Of a stretch of DNA of 64,000 nucleotides, positions 48,112-56,789 are shown piece by piece (the first letter of the stretch is position 1; every line of letters begins with the position of its first letter). The position numbers and the translations under genes were made by a program. The stretch is from an uncultured virus (IMG/VR IMGVR_UViG_3300042013_000063). Lineage: Duplodnaviria; Heunggongvirae; Uroviricota; Caudoviricetes. Location: the IMG/VR virus record IMGVR_UViG_3300042013_000063; one strand, given 5' to 3'. The notes beneath the pieces are model-generated. The model was given only the letters and a program-made list of their open reading frames with translations, did not search any database and had not been told where the DNA came from.

Positions 48112-48555
48112 ATGCAATTGCTCAAGACACGTACTCAGCGTCACGAAGCACGCAAACAAGTGCTCAACGCTGTCAACAAGGCAGTGAACGAGTGCATGAT
48201 CATTCAACCTGGCTTGTTCAAGATGTGCGACCGCTGTGTCTACATGGTGGACATGAGCAAGGCAGAACTGGGCTACGTCACGGTCTCCGTGATTGCCACC
48301 AAGATTCAGTTCGATGATGAATCGCCGACCGTGCTGATGAACAAGGAGCTCTACGGTAAGTACAAGTACTGGGGTCGTATCGAGCACCTCATCGGCAACA
48401 AGTGGTCGTTCGTCCGCGAGACCCGCATCAAAGAAGGCCGGACTATCTGGTCGAGCAACCTGCTGTTCCAATTCGATGTAGCAATGCCTGAACAGTTCGT
48501 GGGTCGTCAGATCTACCGTACATTCAACGACTACGTCACCAACAAGATTTCCTAG
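48112..48555 (+). CDS. hypothetical protein
   Basis: AGGGGA RBS before ATG 48112; hairpin 48070-48091 upstream. Confidence 0.75.
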   Translation: MQLLKTRTQRHEARKQVLNAVNKAVNECMIIQPGLFKMCDRCVYMVDMSKAELGYVTVSVIATKIQFDDESPTVLMNKELYGKYKYWGRIEHLIGNKWSFVRETRIKEGRTIWSSNLLFQFDVAMPEQFVGRQIYRTFNDYVTNKIS

Positions 48556-48563
48556 GAGGTCCA

Positions 48564-49079
48564 ATGTACAACACCACTTGTATCCATTGTGGCCTTCGGG
48601 CCTGTGTATGCGGTTACATGTATCGCGGCTGGTCGAAGGAAGAACTGGAAGGTGCTATCAACACCATGCAGAACATCCTAGCTCACCCAATGAAAGAGAA
48701 TCCACAGTTGTTGTCACTGGAGGACCCGCTGGAGCGTACTCCATGCAACGGCGATATCATTTTCGACTTTGGTCGGGAGCTGTCCATCTGGGAACGTTGG
48801 AAGCTTCGCAAGAAGCGCAAGAGTCTCGAGACGCTCTGGAAAGGTGCGGAGTTCCGGTTCCGTCCTGACTGTCCGCTGGTAAGAACTGGCGACTGCACAG
48901 AGCTTCAAGGGGTTGTAGAGGTACACAGCTGGGATATCGACGGCTATGGTAACTACTGCTACACCATCACGTCACGCGGGTTGGATGGGAAAGTGATCAC
49001 CTTCGGTACGTCGACGTACGACAGAACCGGCGGCCCTCACCCAGATGTTCACCCTAAATACATCTTGATAAGAGGTTAA
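48564..49079 (+). CDS. hypothetical protein with N-terminal CxxC-x4-CxC motif
   Basis: AGGAGG RBS; CIHCGLRACVCG. Confidence 0.8.
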   Translation: MYNTTCIHCGLRACVCGYMYRGWSKEELEGAINTMQNILAHPMKENPQLLSLEDPLERTPCNGDIIFDFGRELSIWERWKLRKKRKSLETLWKGAEFRFRPDCPLVRTGDCTELQGVVEVHSWDIDGYGNYCYTITSRGLDGKVITFGTSTYDRTGGPHPDVHPKYILIRG

Positions 49080-49081
49080 CC

Positions 49082-49489
49082 ATGGCACGTTTACATTTCA
49101 ATGTTGCACTGGACGCTGTAAAGTACTTCCAACTGCGTGATCGCATTGACACGCAGTTCGGCAAGGTCGTACACGACGTCGTCATCGAAGGCGTGTCTAC
49201 CAAGGCGTGCATCTTCGGTGGGCAAGACTTCTACGCTGCTTACCGTAATCTGCACGGTGAGCCGAAGATGATGACTGCGGACTTGGACAAGATGAAGTTC
49301 CGGGAAGATGATCTTCCACCGGGCATTCACTGGCCACTGATGCAGTCGCTGTTGCTGGGCTTCATCCCTGACGTACTGTTGACAGAATGGCATCGCGGTC
49401 AGTTGGGTATCCATCTGGACATGCTGGCGATCTGTACGGACAGAGTAAACGAGTACGTGGTGTTCTGCGAAAAGCACGACATCTCGTAA
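49082..49489 (+). CDS. hypothetical protein
   Basis: GAGGT RBS; 135 aa. Confidence 0.75.
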   Translation: MARLHFNVALDAVKYFQLRDRIDTQFGKVVHDVVIEGVSTKACIFGGQDFYAAYRNLHGEPKMMTADLDKMKFREDDLPPGIHWPLMQSLLLGFIPDVLLTEWHRGQLGIHLDMLAICTDRVNEYVVFCEKHDIS

Positions 49490-49526
49490 TACCACCCGAA
49501 CTATCATCCCTAGAAAGGAATCAACC

Positions 49527-50984
49527 ATGTCTAAAGAAATCTGCCCAATGTGCGCTGAAGAGATCTGCATCTGCGGTGAAGCGTACAAAGGTCTCGGTGC
49601 TTCTCAGCTCGAGATCCTTATTCCGATCCTGGTGCGTCAGTACGAGAATACCCCGGAATATCACGAGTCGATGGCTCGTCACGTGAACTTCTACGGCACC
49701 GTTTCCCAGTTCATCATGGCGCCTCCGGCACCACGGTTCCGTGAGCACCCTGGCATCAACAGCGACCTGTACTTCGGACGCCCTCAGCAGTCTGGCTACG
49801 CGTCCCGTCAGAACGATCAAACCTTCCGTTACGACATGTTGATCCCTGGTCTGATCGTACGCTGGGGCGAGCACCATGGGAAATTGGTGACTGTCACTGA
49901 ACGTAACTCTGAAGCCAACTTGCGTTACAAGATGCTGTCGGTAGAAGACCCTGAGAAGGGTGTTGCGCTGTTCGCAACTGGTCCGGTTGATAACTACAAC
50001 TGGCCTGACCTTGATGGTCAGCACCACACCAACGTCAGGGTTCTCGATATGTTCATCGAGGTTCCAGACGAGATGCGTGATGAAGTGGCAAAACACCTGG
50101 TCAGTCTTGGTCACGAGTATGTGCACCGTAAACTAGCGTTGATGTTTGGCACTCGCCATAGCAGTCTGAGCGAAGGTCTGGAACTGGGTCGGCCTCCTTA
50201 CGGCTTCGGTCATGAGAAACGGGCATTTGACTACCGTCAAGTCTCACCTCGACAGTGGACTGAAATAGGTGAACGTAAGCCGCACGATCGTGACGAGCAG
50301 ATCGATCTTCGCCAAGCTTTTGCGTCCGCCCAGATGCACACCAACGCTTTGCTGGACAGTATGGACCGTCCGTGGACGGAGAATACTTCTGAATATGTGA
50401 AGTATCGTCCTCTGCGTTCGGGTACGAAGTTCAAGTTCCTGGAAGCTGCTGGTCCTGACTTTGTAGGCGAGTGGGTGGTCACTGGTTTCCAATTGTTTGA
50501 TGAAGACAAAGGACCTAAGCTGCAAGTGGCGAGTATCGTGGCCATGTGCGGCGAAGATTCGATTGCATTCTACACGTCGTACAGTGTGGATCAGGTCGAT
50601 GAGGCGCTGGTGCCGTTCGTCTCGATGGAACATATCGAGATCCTGCCAATCAGTTGGGATGACATTCAAGAACCTACTGAACACCCCTTCAAGCAATTGC
50701 AGGTGGGCAAGAAGATCGGGTTCCGGCAGTGTAGCCATACCGTCGAAAAGTTCACGATCACGAAGTTAGTCTTCCGTGCGCAAAACTACGGTCTGCACAA
50801 GCCAGACGAACTGGTTGTGCTGGTTACGATTGATGTGCCGGAGGGTTCTGAATCCGGTGGCGTGTTCGTGGGACAGTACACGTTCTACACCAGTAACAGC
50901 AATAACCGTGCAGTAGGGAAGGTGGAAGGTGCGGACGACTTCGTCTACCCGTCCGATCTCCTGTTTGAAGATCAGCCACAATAA
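49527..50984 (+). CDS. hypothetical protein with N-terminal CxxC-x4-CxC motif and repeated beta domains
   Basis: AAGGA RBS; CPMCAEEICICG. Confidence 0.8.
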   Translation: MSKEICPMCAEEICICGEAYKGLGASQLEILIPILVRQYENTPEYHESMARHVNFYGTVSQFIMAPPAPRFREHPGINSDLYFGRPQQSGYASRQNDQTFRYDMLIPGLIVRWGEHHGKLVTVTERNSEANLRYKMLSVEDPEKGVALFATGPVDNYNWPDLDGQHHTNVRVLDMFIEVPDEMRDEVAKHLVSLGHEYVHRKLALMFGTRHSSLSEGLELGRPPYGFGHEKRAFDYRQVSPRQWTEIGERKPHDRDEQIDLRQAFASAQMHTNALLDSMDRPWTENTSEYVKYRPLRSGTKFKFLEAAGPDFVGEWVVTGFQLFDEDKGPKLQVASIVAMCGEDSIAFYTSYSVDQVDEALVPFVSMEHIEILPISWDDIQEPTEHPFKQLQVGKKIGFRQCSHTVEKFTITKLVFRAQNYGLHKPDELVVLVTIDVPEGSESGGVFVGQYTFYTSNSNNRAVGKVEGADDFVYPSDLLFEDQPQ

Positions 50985-51034
50985 CCCCCGATAAAGACTG
51001 GGTCATCGCGACCCAGTCTCACCAAGGAGCATGT

Positions 51035-52414
51035 ATGATTAACCGTGCCACTGAGTTAACTGAAGCCCGTATCACCTTCATCCGCGTTGGTGGTTACGCT
51101 GACCAACACTCGTATCCATTGAGCCCGCTACATGCCTCACAGCGACTTCTGAACGAGGTTAACAACCTGAAGGAGCGCCCTGACTTCGAGAAGAGCCTCA
51201 TCGCGCATCTGGTCAAGGAGCATGTCCACTTCGACAACGAAGCACCGGAACGCAAGGTCGCCATCCCAGGCGGTTGGGATGCACCCCGTTACGCCTTCGT
51301 ATTGGAAGTGCCGCTCAATGCTCACATCGGTTACCACCTCAGCTCGACCATTCAATTGGTAGCTGGTTACACTGATCCGGTTCCTCGTGGTGAAGAGCCG
51401 AACGACAAGACCAAGCTGTACTTCAACCGCAGTGTGATCCAGCAGCGTATGAAGGTCATGGGTCCCACTGGGATCGAGGAGATGGCCAAGATCTCCCACG
51501 ACACATTGATCCTCAATGGCGAGCAACGCGATCGACTGCTGCGCCCTAGTGACGTGTTCGGCGTGTTGCGTACCATGGCACTGGTTGACCGCCTGCATCA
51601 AGGTGGCATGGCTCCCGACATCATGGATACCACCACCATGATTGCTGGCAGTCGTCTGAAATCCACAGCCGCAGCGAATGAGAACCTGAAGCATTGGTTC
51701 ACGTCAGTGGTGCAGAGTGTGATCAATGCCAAGCAGGAAGACCATCCGATTTTCGAGGGAACGCCGGAAGACCTGTACTCGAACGCCTTGAGTCATTGCC
51801 ACGACGCACCGATCTCACAAGATCCAATGTTCTCTGCCCTCTACGCCAGCACGGGTTTTGACTACGACAACAGTGTCTTGTTGCAGGACATCAAGGATCT
51901 CTTCCCGAAAGACTTCGTCAAGGTCATCCAGGCAGAGCGTGAAAGTGCAGACTGTTTGCGTGGTGCAGAAGGGTGCTCTGAAGTCAGTGCAGCGAACCGT
52001 GCCATCTCCTGCTTCTCTGGCATCATGTCCCTGCACGGCGTTCGCACCTGCATGGTTCAAGTCATTGACCGTGTGGTTCAGATCAATCAGATCGGCGGTT
52101 TTGGTCTATCCATCCCTGACCGTGACCTGCAAGCGTTCCATGAACACCTGTCGGAAGAACTACCAGTGCTCTTGGGCTACGACACAGCCCCGATGCACTT
52201 CTCGATTGACATCGACCTGTTCACTGAAGCGAATGTGCAGATCTACTACCCGCCTGCTGGGCTGCGTGACGGCCCTAACCTACCAGTGATCACTCCGATC
52301 ACGACGACGCGTCCAATGTTCGCCAGCGGCCTCTGGAGCTCGTTGATCACACGGGACAACACCCATCAGGAACAGATGGCTGACGACTTCAAGTATCTGA
52401 TCGGCCAGCTGTAA
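51035..52414 (+). CDS. second, divergent PicA/Imp1 paralog
   Basis: Collinear motif matches to 21843..23351: IPGGW..PRYAF, GYTD, LYFN, RPSD, DPMF, PMFASGLWS; AAGGAG RBS. Confidence 0.8.
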   Translation: MINRATELTEARITFIRVGGYADQHSYPLSPLHASQRLLNEVNNLKERPDFEKSLIAHLVKEHVHFDNEAPERKVAIPGGWDAPRYAFVLEVPLNAHIGYHLSSTIQLVAGYTDPVPRGEEPNDKTKLYFNRSVIQQRMKVMGPTGIEEMAKISHDTLILNGEQRDRLLRPSDVFGVLRTMALVDRLHQGGMAPDIMDTTTMIAGSRLKSTAAANENLKHWFTSVVQSVINAKQEDHPIFEGTPEDLYSNALSHCHDAPISQDPMFSALYASTGFDYDNSVLLQDIKDLFPKDFVKVIQAERESADCLRGAEGCSEVSAANRAISCFSGIMSLHGVRTCMVQVIDRVVQINQIGGFGLSIPDRDLQAFHEHLSEELPVLLGYDTAPMHFSIDIDLFTEANVQIYYPPAGLRDGPNLPVITPITTTRPMFASGLWSSLITRDNTHQEQMADDFKYLIGQL

Positions 52415-52420
52415 CCACTC

Positions 52421-52462
52421 GATGATCCGGGGTAACTCCCGGATCATCTTTTCTTTTTGTTT
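52421..52462 (+). terminator. intrinsic terminator
   Basis: GATGATCCGGG...CCCGGATCATC then TTTTCTTTTT. Confidence 0.85.
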
Positions 52463-52483
52463 GAATGCACTTTATTTCAGCAA

Positions 52484-52501
52484 TACATTGTACTGGTGAA
52501 T
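52484..52501 (+). promoter_or_regulatory. putative early promoter (TACATTGT variant)
   Basis: ACTTTATTTC-AGCAA-TACATTGT...GTGAAT. Confidence 0.65.
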
Positions 52502-52545
52502 ACAGAAACTACCCTGTAACTACCCAAGTCTTTAGGAGACTCGCT

Positions 52546-52989
52546 ATGAACGTATCCACTTTCAAAACCCTGACCACTCTTCGCTCCCACTTCGAACGCG
52601 TGTTCATGAACTACAGCATCCACGATGCTAACAAGCCTTATGACTTCACCCTCCAGAAAGTGGAGCTGGTGCACGAGAAGGTAATCAAACCAGAAGTCAC
52701 CCTGATGTTCGGCCAGTACGGTGATTACTTCATCATCGGTGAACTGCTGGAAAACGATACTCCTTTCTTCATCGACGTGGCTGCTGATGAAGGACACACC
52801 GATGAACTCCCAGACTACGTCCAGCACATGCTGGTCGCAGCTGCTAAAGCGGGCGTGGTTCCAACCGCACTGCTGGAGATCATCATCAAATGGCGTGGGA
52901 TCGTTGATACCAGTAACATGGACATCAACACCTTCTTCGGTGATGAGTGTGCAAAGGGTTTGAAAGACCTTGAAGCCTCTGCACTGTAA
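52546..52989 (+). CDS. hypothetical protein
   Basis: AGGAG RBS before ATG 52546. Confidence 0.8.
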   Translation: MNVSTFKTLTTLRSHFERVFMNYSIHDANKPYDFTLQKVELVHEKVIKPEVTLMFGQYGDYFIIGELLENDTPFFIDVAADEGHTDELPDYVQHMLVAAAKAGVVPTALLEIIIKWRGIVDTSNMDINTFFGDECAKGLKDLEASAL

Positions 52990-53024
52990 ACATCGCCGCA
53001 CTGCGTGACGAGTAACAGCATAGA

Positions 53025-53080
53025 CAGCATAGAGACCCGGCGATAAGCCGGGTCTCTATGCTGCTTTCTTTTTTCTTTGT
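53025..53080. terminator. bidirectional terminator
   Basis: 17-bp stem CAGCATAGAGACCCGGC/GCCGGGTCTCTATGCTG plus long T-tract, between convergent genes. Confidence 0.85.
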
Positions 53081-54820
53081 TTACGCTGCTTCCAACTCCA
53101 GCTCTTCTTCGAAGGCATCCAGCAGTTCCCATGAGTTCGGCGCCTTCAGTGCGTCCGTCATGATCTCAATGGCATTCACAGCACCACCCGTGAGGTTGAT
53201 ACCGAGTAGCCTTTGCTTGCTTGGGAGTACGCCCGCTACTCGACACACCTCCATCATCGTAGTCATCTTCGACAGGTTCATCAGGATCTCGCCGTTCGGG
53301 TACGTTGACCCAATGTCGGCGTCGGATACACCCTTACGAACAAAGCTGCGGACTGTCGGCAGTTCTTTGATGAGGAACACGCCGTTGGCTACGACGTTGT
53401 GCGTTGGCAGGGTTACGATCCAGTCGTCCTTACCCAGCAACAGACGGTCGTTCTCATCTTCCATCTGGTCAGAGCACGTACCGGCGATCAGACCTTCCTT
53501 ACGCATCGCGAAGTAGAACTCGTTCACGTTACGCTTAGGGTTGGAGTTGAAGACGGTGTACTCGGAGCTTTCCGACAGGATACTGACCTGAGTCGACAAG
53601 TCCGTGGTGACCTCGTCCAGCAGCTCAATACCCAAGTTGTCGAAGATGTTGTAGACGATGTAGTTGACTTTGTAGTACTTCTGCATCTGCATGTGCCATT
53701 CGACACTGCCCGGTACAGCGGTACTGTCACCCATTGGGAAGTAGAGCTTGCCTATGTCATCGCCCAAGTTCTTCTTCATGGTGTAGTCGAGGCCGTAACT
53801 TGGCTCTTTACCAGCAGCAGTACGGATCTTACGGTACACGCACATCGGGTCAATCCAGACAAACGAGGCTGGAGCTTCTACGACGTTCCAACGGTCAGAA
53901 GGGGGTAGGTTCTCAATAGAACCGTCAGCCTTCTTCTTCGTGGTCGGACCTGGCTTGTACTTGAAGTGACGATACTCAGGCGGTACACGAGGGTCACTGA
54001 ACACGTCAGGGAGATCGTAGCCGTCCTTCTCCAACGCACGGGTCATGACGTTGATATCGAAGTCCATGTTCCATGCACAGAGGAAGTCAGGTTGCCATTC
54101 GTGGACCCGATCCATGCACACCTTCGCCATCTTACCGGCAGAGTCGATGATCTGGATCTCGAACTTCATCCCGCGTTCTTCGATGTACTTAGCCAAGTGC
54201 TGGTGCAAGGCTTTCATGATCGTGTTGATCGGATCAGGGATGTCCTTGATCCAACTCTCCAAGATCGTCAGGATCACCTTGTCCTTACAGGTGACCGAGG
54301 AGATGATGATGTCTTTACCGTTACCGTTCCACATGTCAGTTTCGGTGTCGAGTGCGGCTACCACGTTCTGTGTGAACAGGTCAGGCCACTTCTCCTTATA
54401 CGTGCGCTTCATCAACGTAGGCGTGGTGATGTCAGCCCCGTAGATGTACTGGTTACGGCAGATGGTGCGTAACTGCTGCTTAGGGTTACCGTAACCTAAC
54501 TGCCGAATGATCGCCTTGTTCAAGCCCCGTTGGTTAGTCTCGCACTCTTTGAGCAGGTGTTCGTATTCGACTTCCTTCTTGTCCGTATGGTTACGGAACT
54601 TCTCTTTAGTGATCCAGAAGGGCCGCATGTAGTTCTTCTTGAAGACCAACCGTGGCACAGTAGAGACCGTACCGTCTGGTTGCTTGACGTAGACCAGCTC
54701 TTTGATGGTCAGTAGGTCGTCGTCTTCGTTCTCACGTGACTCGGTGTAGATGGCATGCTTACATTCGCGCCCAATGATCCACTCAGCCGGGATCTTCTTT
54801 AGGTCAATTTCGGTTGACAT
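53081..54820 (-). CDS. split family-B DNA polymerase, 3'-5' exonuclease plus motif A subunit (phiKZ gp82-like)
   Basis: ExoI DTETD, ExoII WNMDFD, ExoIII YNIFD, motif A DADIGSTYPN near the C-terminus. Confidence 0.88.
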   Translation of the reverse strand: MSTEIDLKKIPAEWIIGRECKHAIYTESRENEDDDLLTIKELVYVKQPDGTVSTVPRLVFKKNYMRPFWITKEKFRNHTDKKEVEYEHLLKECETNQRGLNKAIIRQLGYGNPKQQLRTICRNQYIYGADITTPTLMKRTYKEKWPDLFTQNVVAALDTETDMWNGNGKDIIISSVTCKDKVILTILESWIKDIPDPINTIMKALHQHLAKYIEERGMKFEIQIIDSAGKMAKVCMDRVHEWQPDFLCAWNMDFDINVMTRALEKDGYDLPDVFSDPRVPPEYRHFKYKPGPTTKKKADGSIENLPPSDRWNVVEAPASFVWIDPMCVYRKIRTAAGKEPSYGLDYTMKKNLGDDIGKLYFPMGDSTAVPGSVEWHMQMQKYYKVNYIVYNIFDNLGIELLDEVTTDLSTQVSILSESSEYTVFNSNPKRNVNEFYFAMRKEGLIAGTCSDQMEDENDRLLLGKDDWIVTLPTHNVVANGVFLIKELPTVRSFVRKGVSDADIGSTYPNGEILMNLSKMTTMMEVCRVAGVLPSKQRLLGINLTGGAVNAIEIMTDALKAPNSWELLDAFEEELELEAA

Positions 54821-54870
54821 GACCGATCCTTTTAATCAATTGAATTCTTTTAGGGTCAGGCCCTACAAAA

Positions 54871-54918
54871 CATAGTGGGTGAATGTAAGAAATGACGGAA
54901 CCAACACTAATCACTATG
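54871..54918. promoter_or_regulatory. divergent putative late promoters (CACTATG on each strand)
   Basis: CATAGTG at 54871-54877 and CACTATG at 54912-54918; TATG is the phiKZ late consensus. Confidence 0.5.
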
Positions 54919-54950
54919 ATTGCTTCATTGTTTATCCTCAGGTTGAGACC

Positions 54951-56276
54951 ATGTCCATGAATCCACACTATCAAGCAACGATGGAAGCGATCGACTTCCA
55001 ACGTGATGAAATGCTCCTCAAAGAACTCTCGATGCACATCTCCGCCCTGACCGGTACACAAGACGTTGCGGAGCGTAAAGCGATCCTCAAACAGATGGAC
55101 GCCACCGCATTCCACCACACTGGCGCCCTATTCCACTTCCACCTGCTGGCTGACAACAGCCCTAACGCCTTCATCCTCGTACCGGACTCGAACTCCGCTG
55201 CCCCGATGCGCCCAGACGTCGTTAAAGAGACGCTGCGCAAGTCCGGTGGCATCTGCTCGGAGAAAGAGTTCTTCAAAGGCACCGTGGACCTGAAGAAAGG
55301 TCGGGTCAGTGGCGTCTACTCCGAAATCCCAATGGACATCTTCTTCTCCGTGGCGTTCTTGAAGGCTACCCCAAAGGGTACTTACTTCGCCCCAGAAGAA
55401 ACCTCCGCTGTTCTGATCCACGAAATGGGTCACGGCGTGATGTACCTGCGTTACTTGGGTGGCAACGTACTGTCCAACATCGTGGTCGCGGAAGTCTGCA
55501 AGCAGATCCAAGGTGGGGCTGACCCAATCATCGTCCGTGACATCCTCAAGGTCGCTGAGCAGAAGACTGGCTACCGCATCAAAGACCTCGGCACCATCGA
55601 CAAGAACCCTGATCCTCTGTTGGTTCAGCAAGTCGTGATGGCTGAGATGATTGAGCGTATCCGTTCTGACCTCGGCACCAAGTACTACGACGCCCGTGCG
55701 TTCGAGTTTGTGGCTGACCAGTTCGCTGCTCGCCATGGCGGTGCTGCACACATCGTGAAAGCTCTGGACCGTATGTACCGCGACTGCGGCTACCGTCCAC
55801 TGGAATACAACGGTCGCTTTGCTCACTTCATGCTGGCTCTCGTGACTAACGCCAAGATGATCATCGGTGTGGTCTACATGGGTTATGCCCTTGGTGCAGT
55901 GGCGGCTCTGGTTACCGGCGGTGTCACCGTCGTAGTAGGCGTTGCGTTCGCTACCCTTGTGACCATCCTCGGTGGCGGTGACATCTACGATGACGTCCCG
56001 AACCGCTTCATGGCAATGCGTCGTGAGCTGATCGCTTCTACTAAGGATCAGAACCTCACCCAGCAGCAACGTGCCAAGCTGATCATCGACATCGGCGAGA
56101 TCGACAAGGTGATGAAGAACATCACCGAAGTCAAATTCGGTCCTGGTTTCTTCAGGGACTTCATGGCGGGCGTCTTCACTGGTAAGACCGCACAGATGAA
56201 GTTCATGCGTACTCTGGAAGAGCTGGCGAACAACCGTCTCTTCGAACTCTCCAACCAACTTCAAGCTCAAGCATAA
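54951..56276 (+). CDS. virion protein with HExxH zinc-metallopeptidase motif (gp84-like)
   Basis: LIHEMGH, EFVADQFA, long hydrophobic hairpin; first gene of structural block. Confidence 0.75.
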   Translation: MSMNPHYQATMEAIDFQRDEMLLKELSMHISALTGTQDVAERKAILKQMDATAFHHTGALFHFHLLADNSPNAFILVPDSNSAAPMRPDVVKETLRKSGGICSEKEFFKGTVDLKKGRVSGVYSEIPMDIFFSVAFLKATPKGTYFAPEETSAVLIHEMGHGVMYLRYLGGNVLSNIVVAEVCKQIQGGADPIIVRDILKVAEQKTGYRIKDLGTIDKNPDPLLVQQVVMAEMIERIRSDLGTKYYDARAFEFVADQFAARHGGAAHIVKALDRMYRDCGYRPLEYNGRFAHFMLALVTNAKMIIGVVYMGYALGAVAALVTGGVTVVVGVAFATLVTILGGGDIYDDVPNRFMAMRRELIASTKDQNLTQQQRAKLIIDIGEIDKVMKNITEVKFGPGFFRDFMAGVFTGKTAQMKFMRTLEELANNRLFELSNQLQAQA

Positions 56277-56287
56277 GCGAGACCGAT

Positions 56288-56737
56288 ATGAACATTGTGG
56301 AACTTCTGAAACACCTCGACAGCGTCTGTGGCGACGGCGTCGATCGCAAGGCTTACCTTGAAGTCTGCTTGGGCGCTGAACTGGCGTTTGCAATCCCGCT
56401 GCCAACCATGCCTGTGGGCAACGTAGTGCAGCAGTTCGAAGACGTCGGTGGTGCACAAGCCAAACGCGTCATCGGCGAGATCAACGAGATGTTCCCGATC
56501 TCCACCCAGATCTGCTACAACCTGGCCGTGGACTTCTACAAAGCACGCTACACCATGGTGCACGAACCACGCCTGCTCAATGGTGGCGATATCTCCCGTC
56601 TGCTGAACCGTCCGGCTGTTGAATGCGCGATGACTGAAACTCATCAGAACGCCCTGTTCAACAACTACGCTGGCATGACCCGCTCCAGTCTGTCTGAGTT
56701 CATTACCCGGTATGTAGCCCCTACTACCGTGGCGTAA
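56288..56737 (+). CDS. putative virion protein (gp85-like by synteny)
   Basis: 149-aa ORF in structural operon. Confidence 0.65.
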   Translation: MNIVELLKHLDSVCGDGVDRKAYLEVCLGAELAFAIPLPTMPVGNVVQQFEDVGGAQAKRVIGEINEMFPISTQICYNLAVDFYKARYTMVHEPRLLNGGDISRLLNRPAVECAMTETHQNALFNNYAGMTRSSLSEFITRYVAPTTVA

Positions 56738-56789
56738 ACCCCTCCATGGCGCTCGTGAGAGCGCCATGGTCTATTTCCGAGGTAGTGAC

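Noticed and set aside
53058..53516. 152-aa plus-strand ORF with signal-peptide-like start
   Set aside because: Begins within a terminator T-tract and is antisense to the polymerase exonuclease gene.
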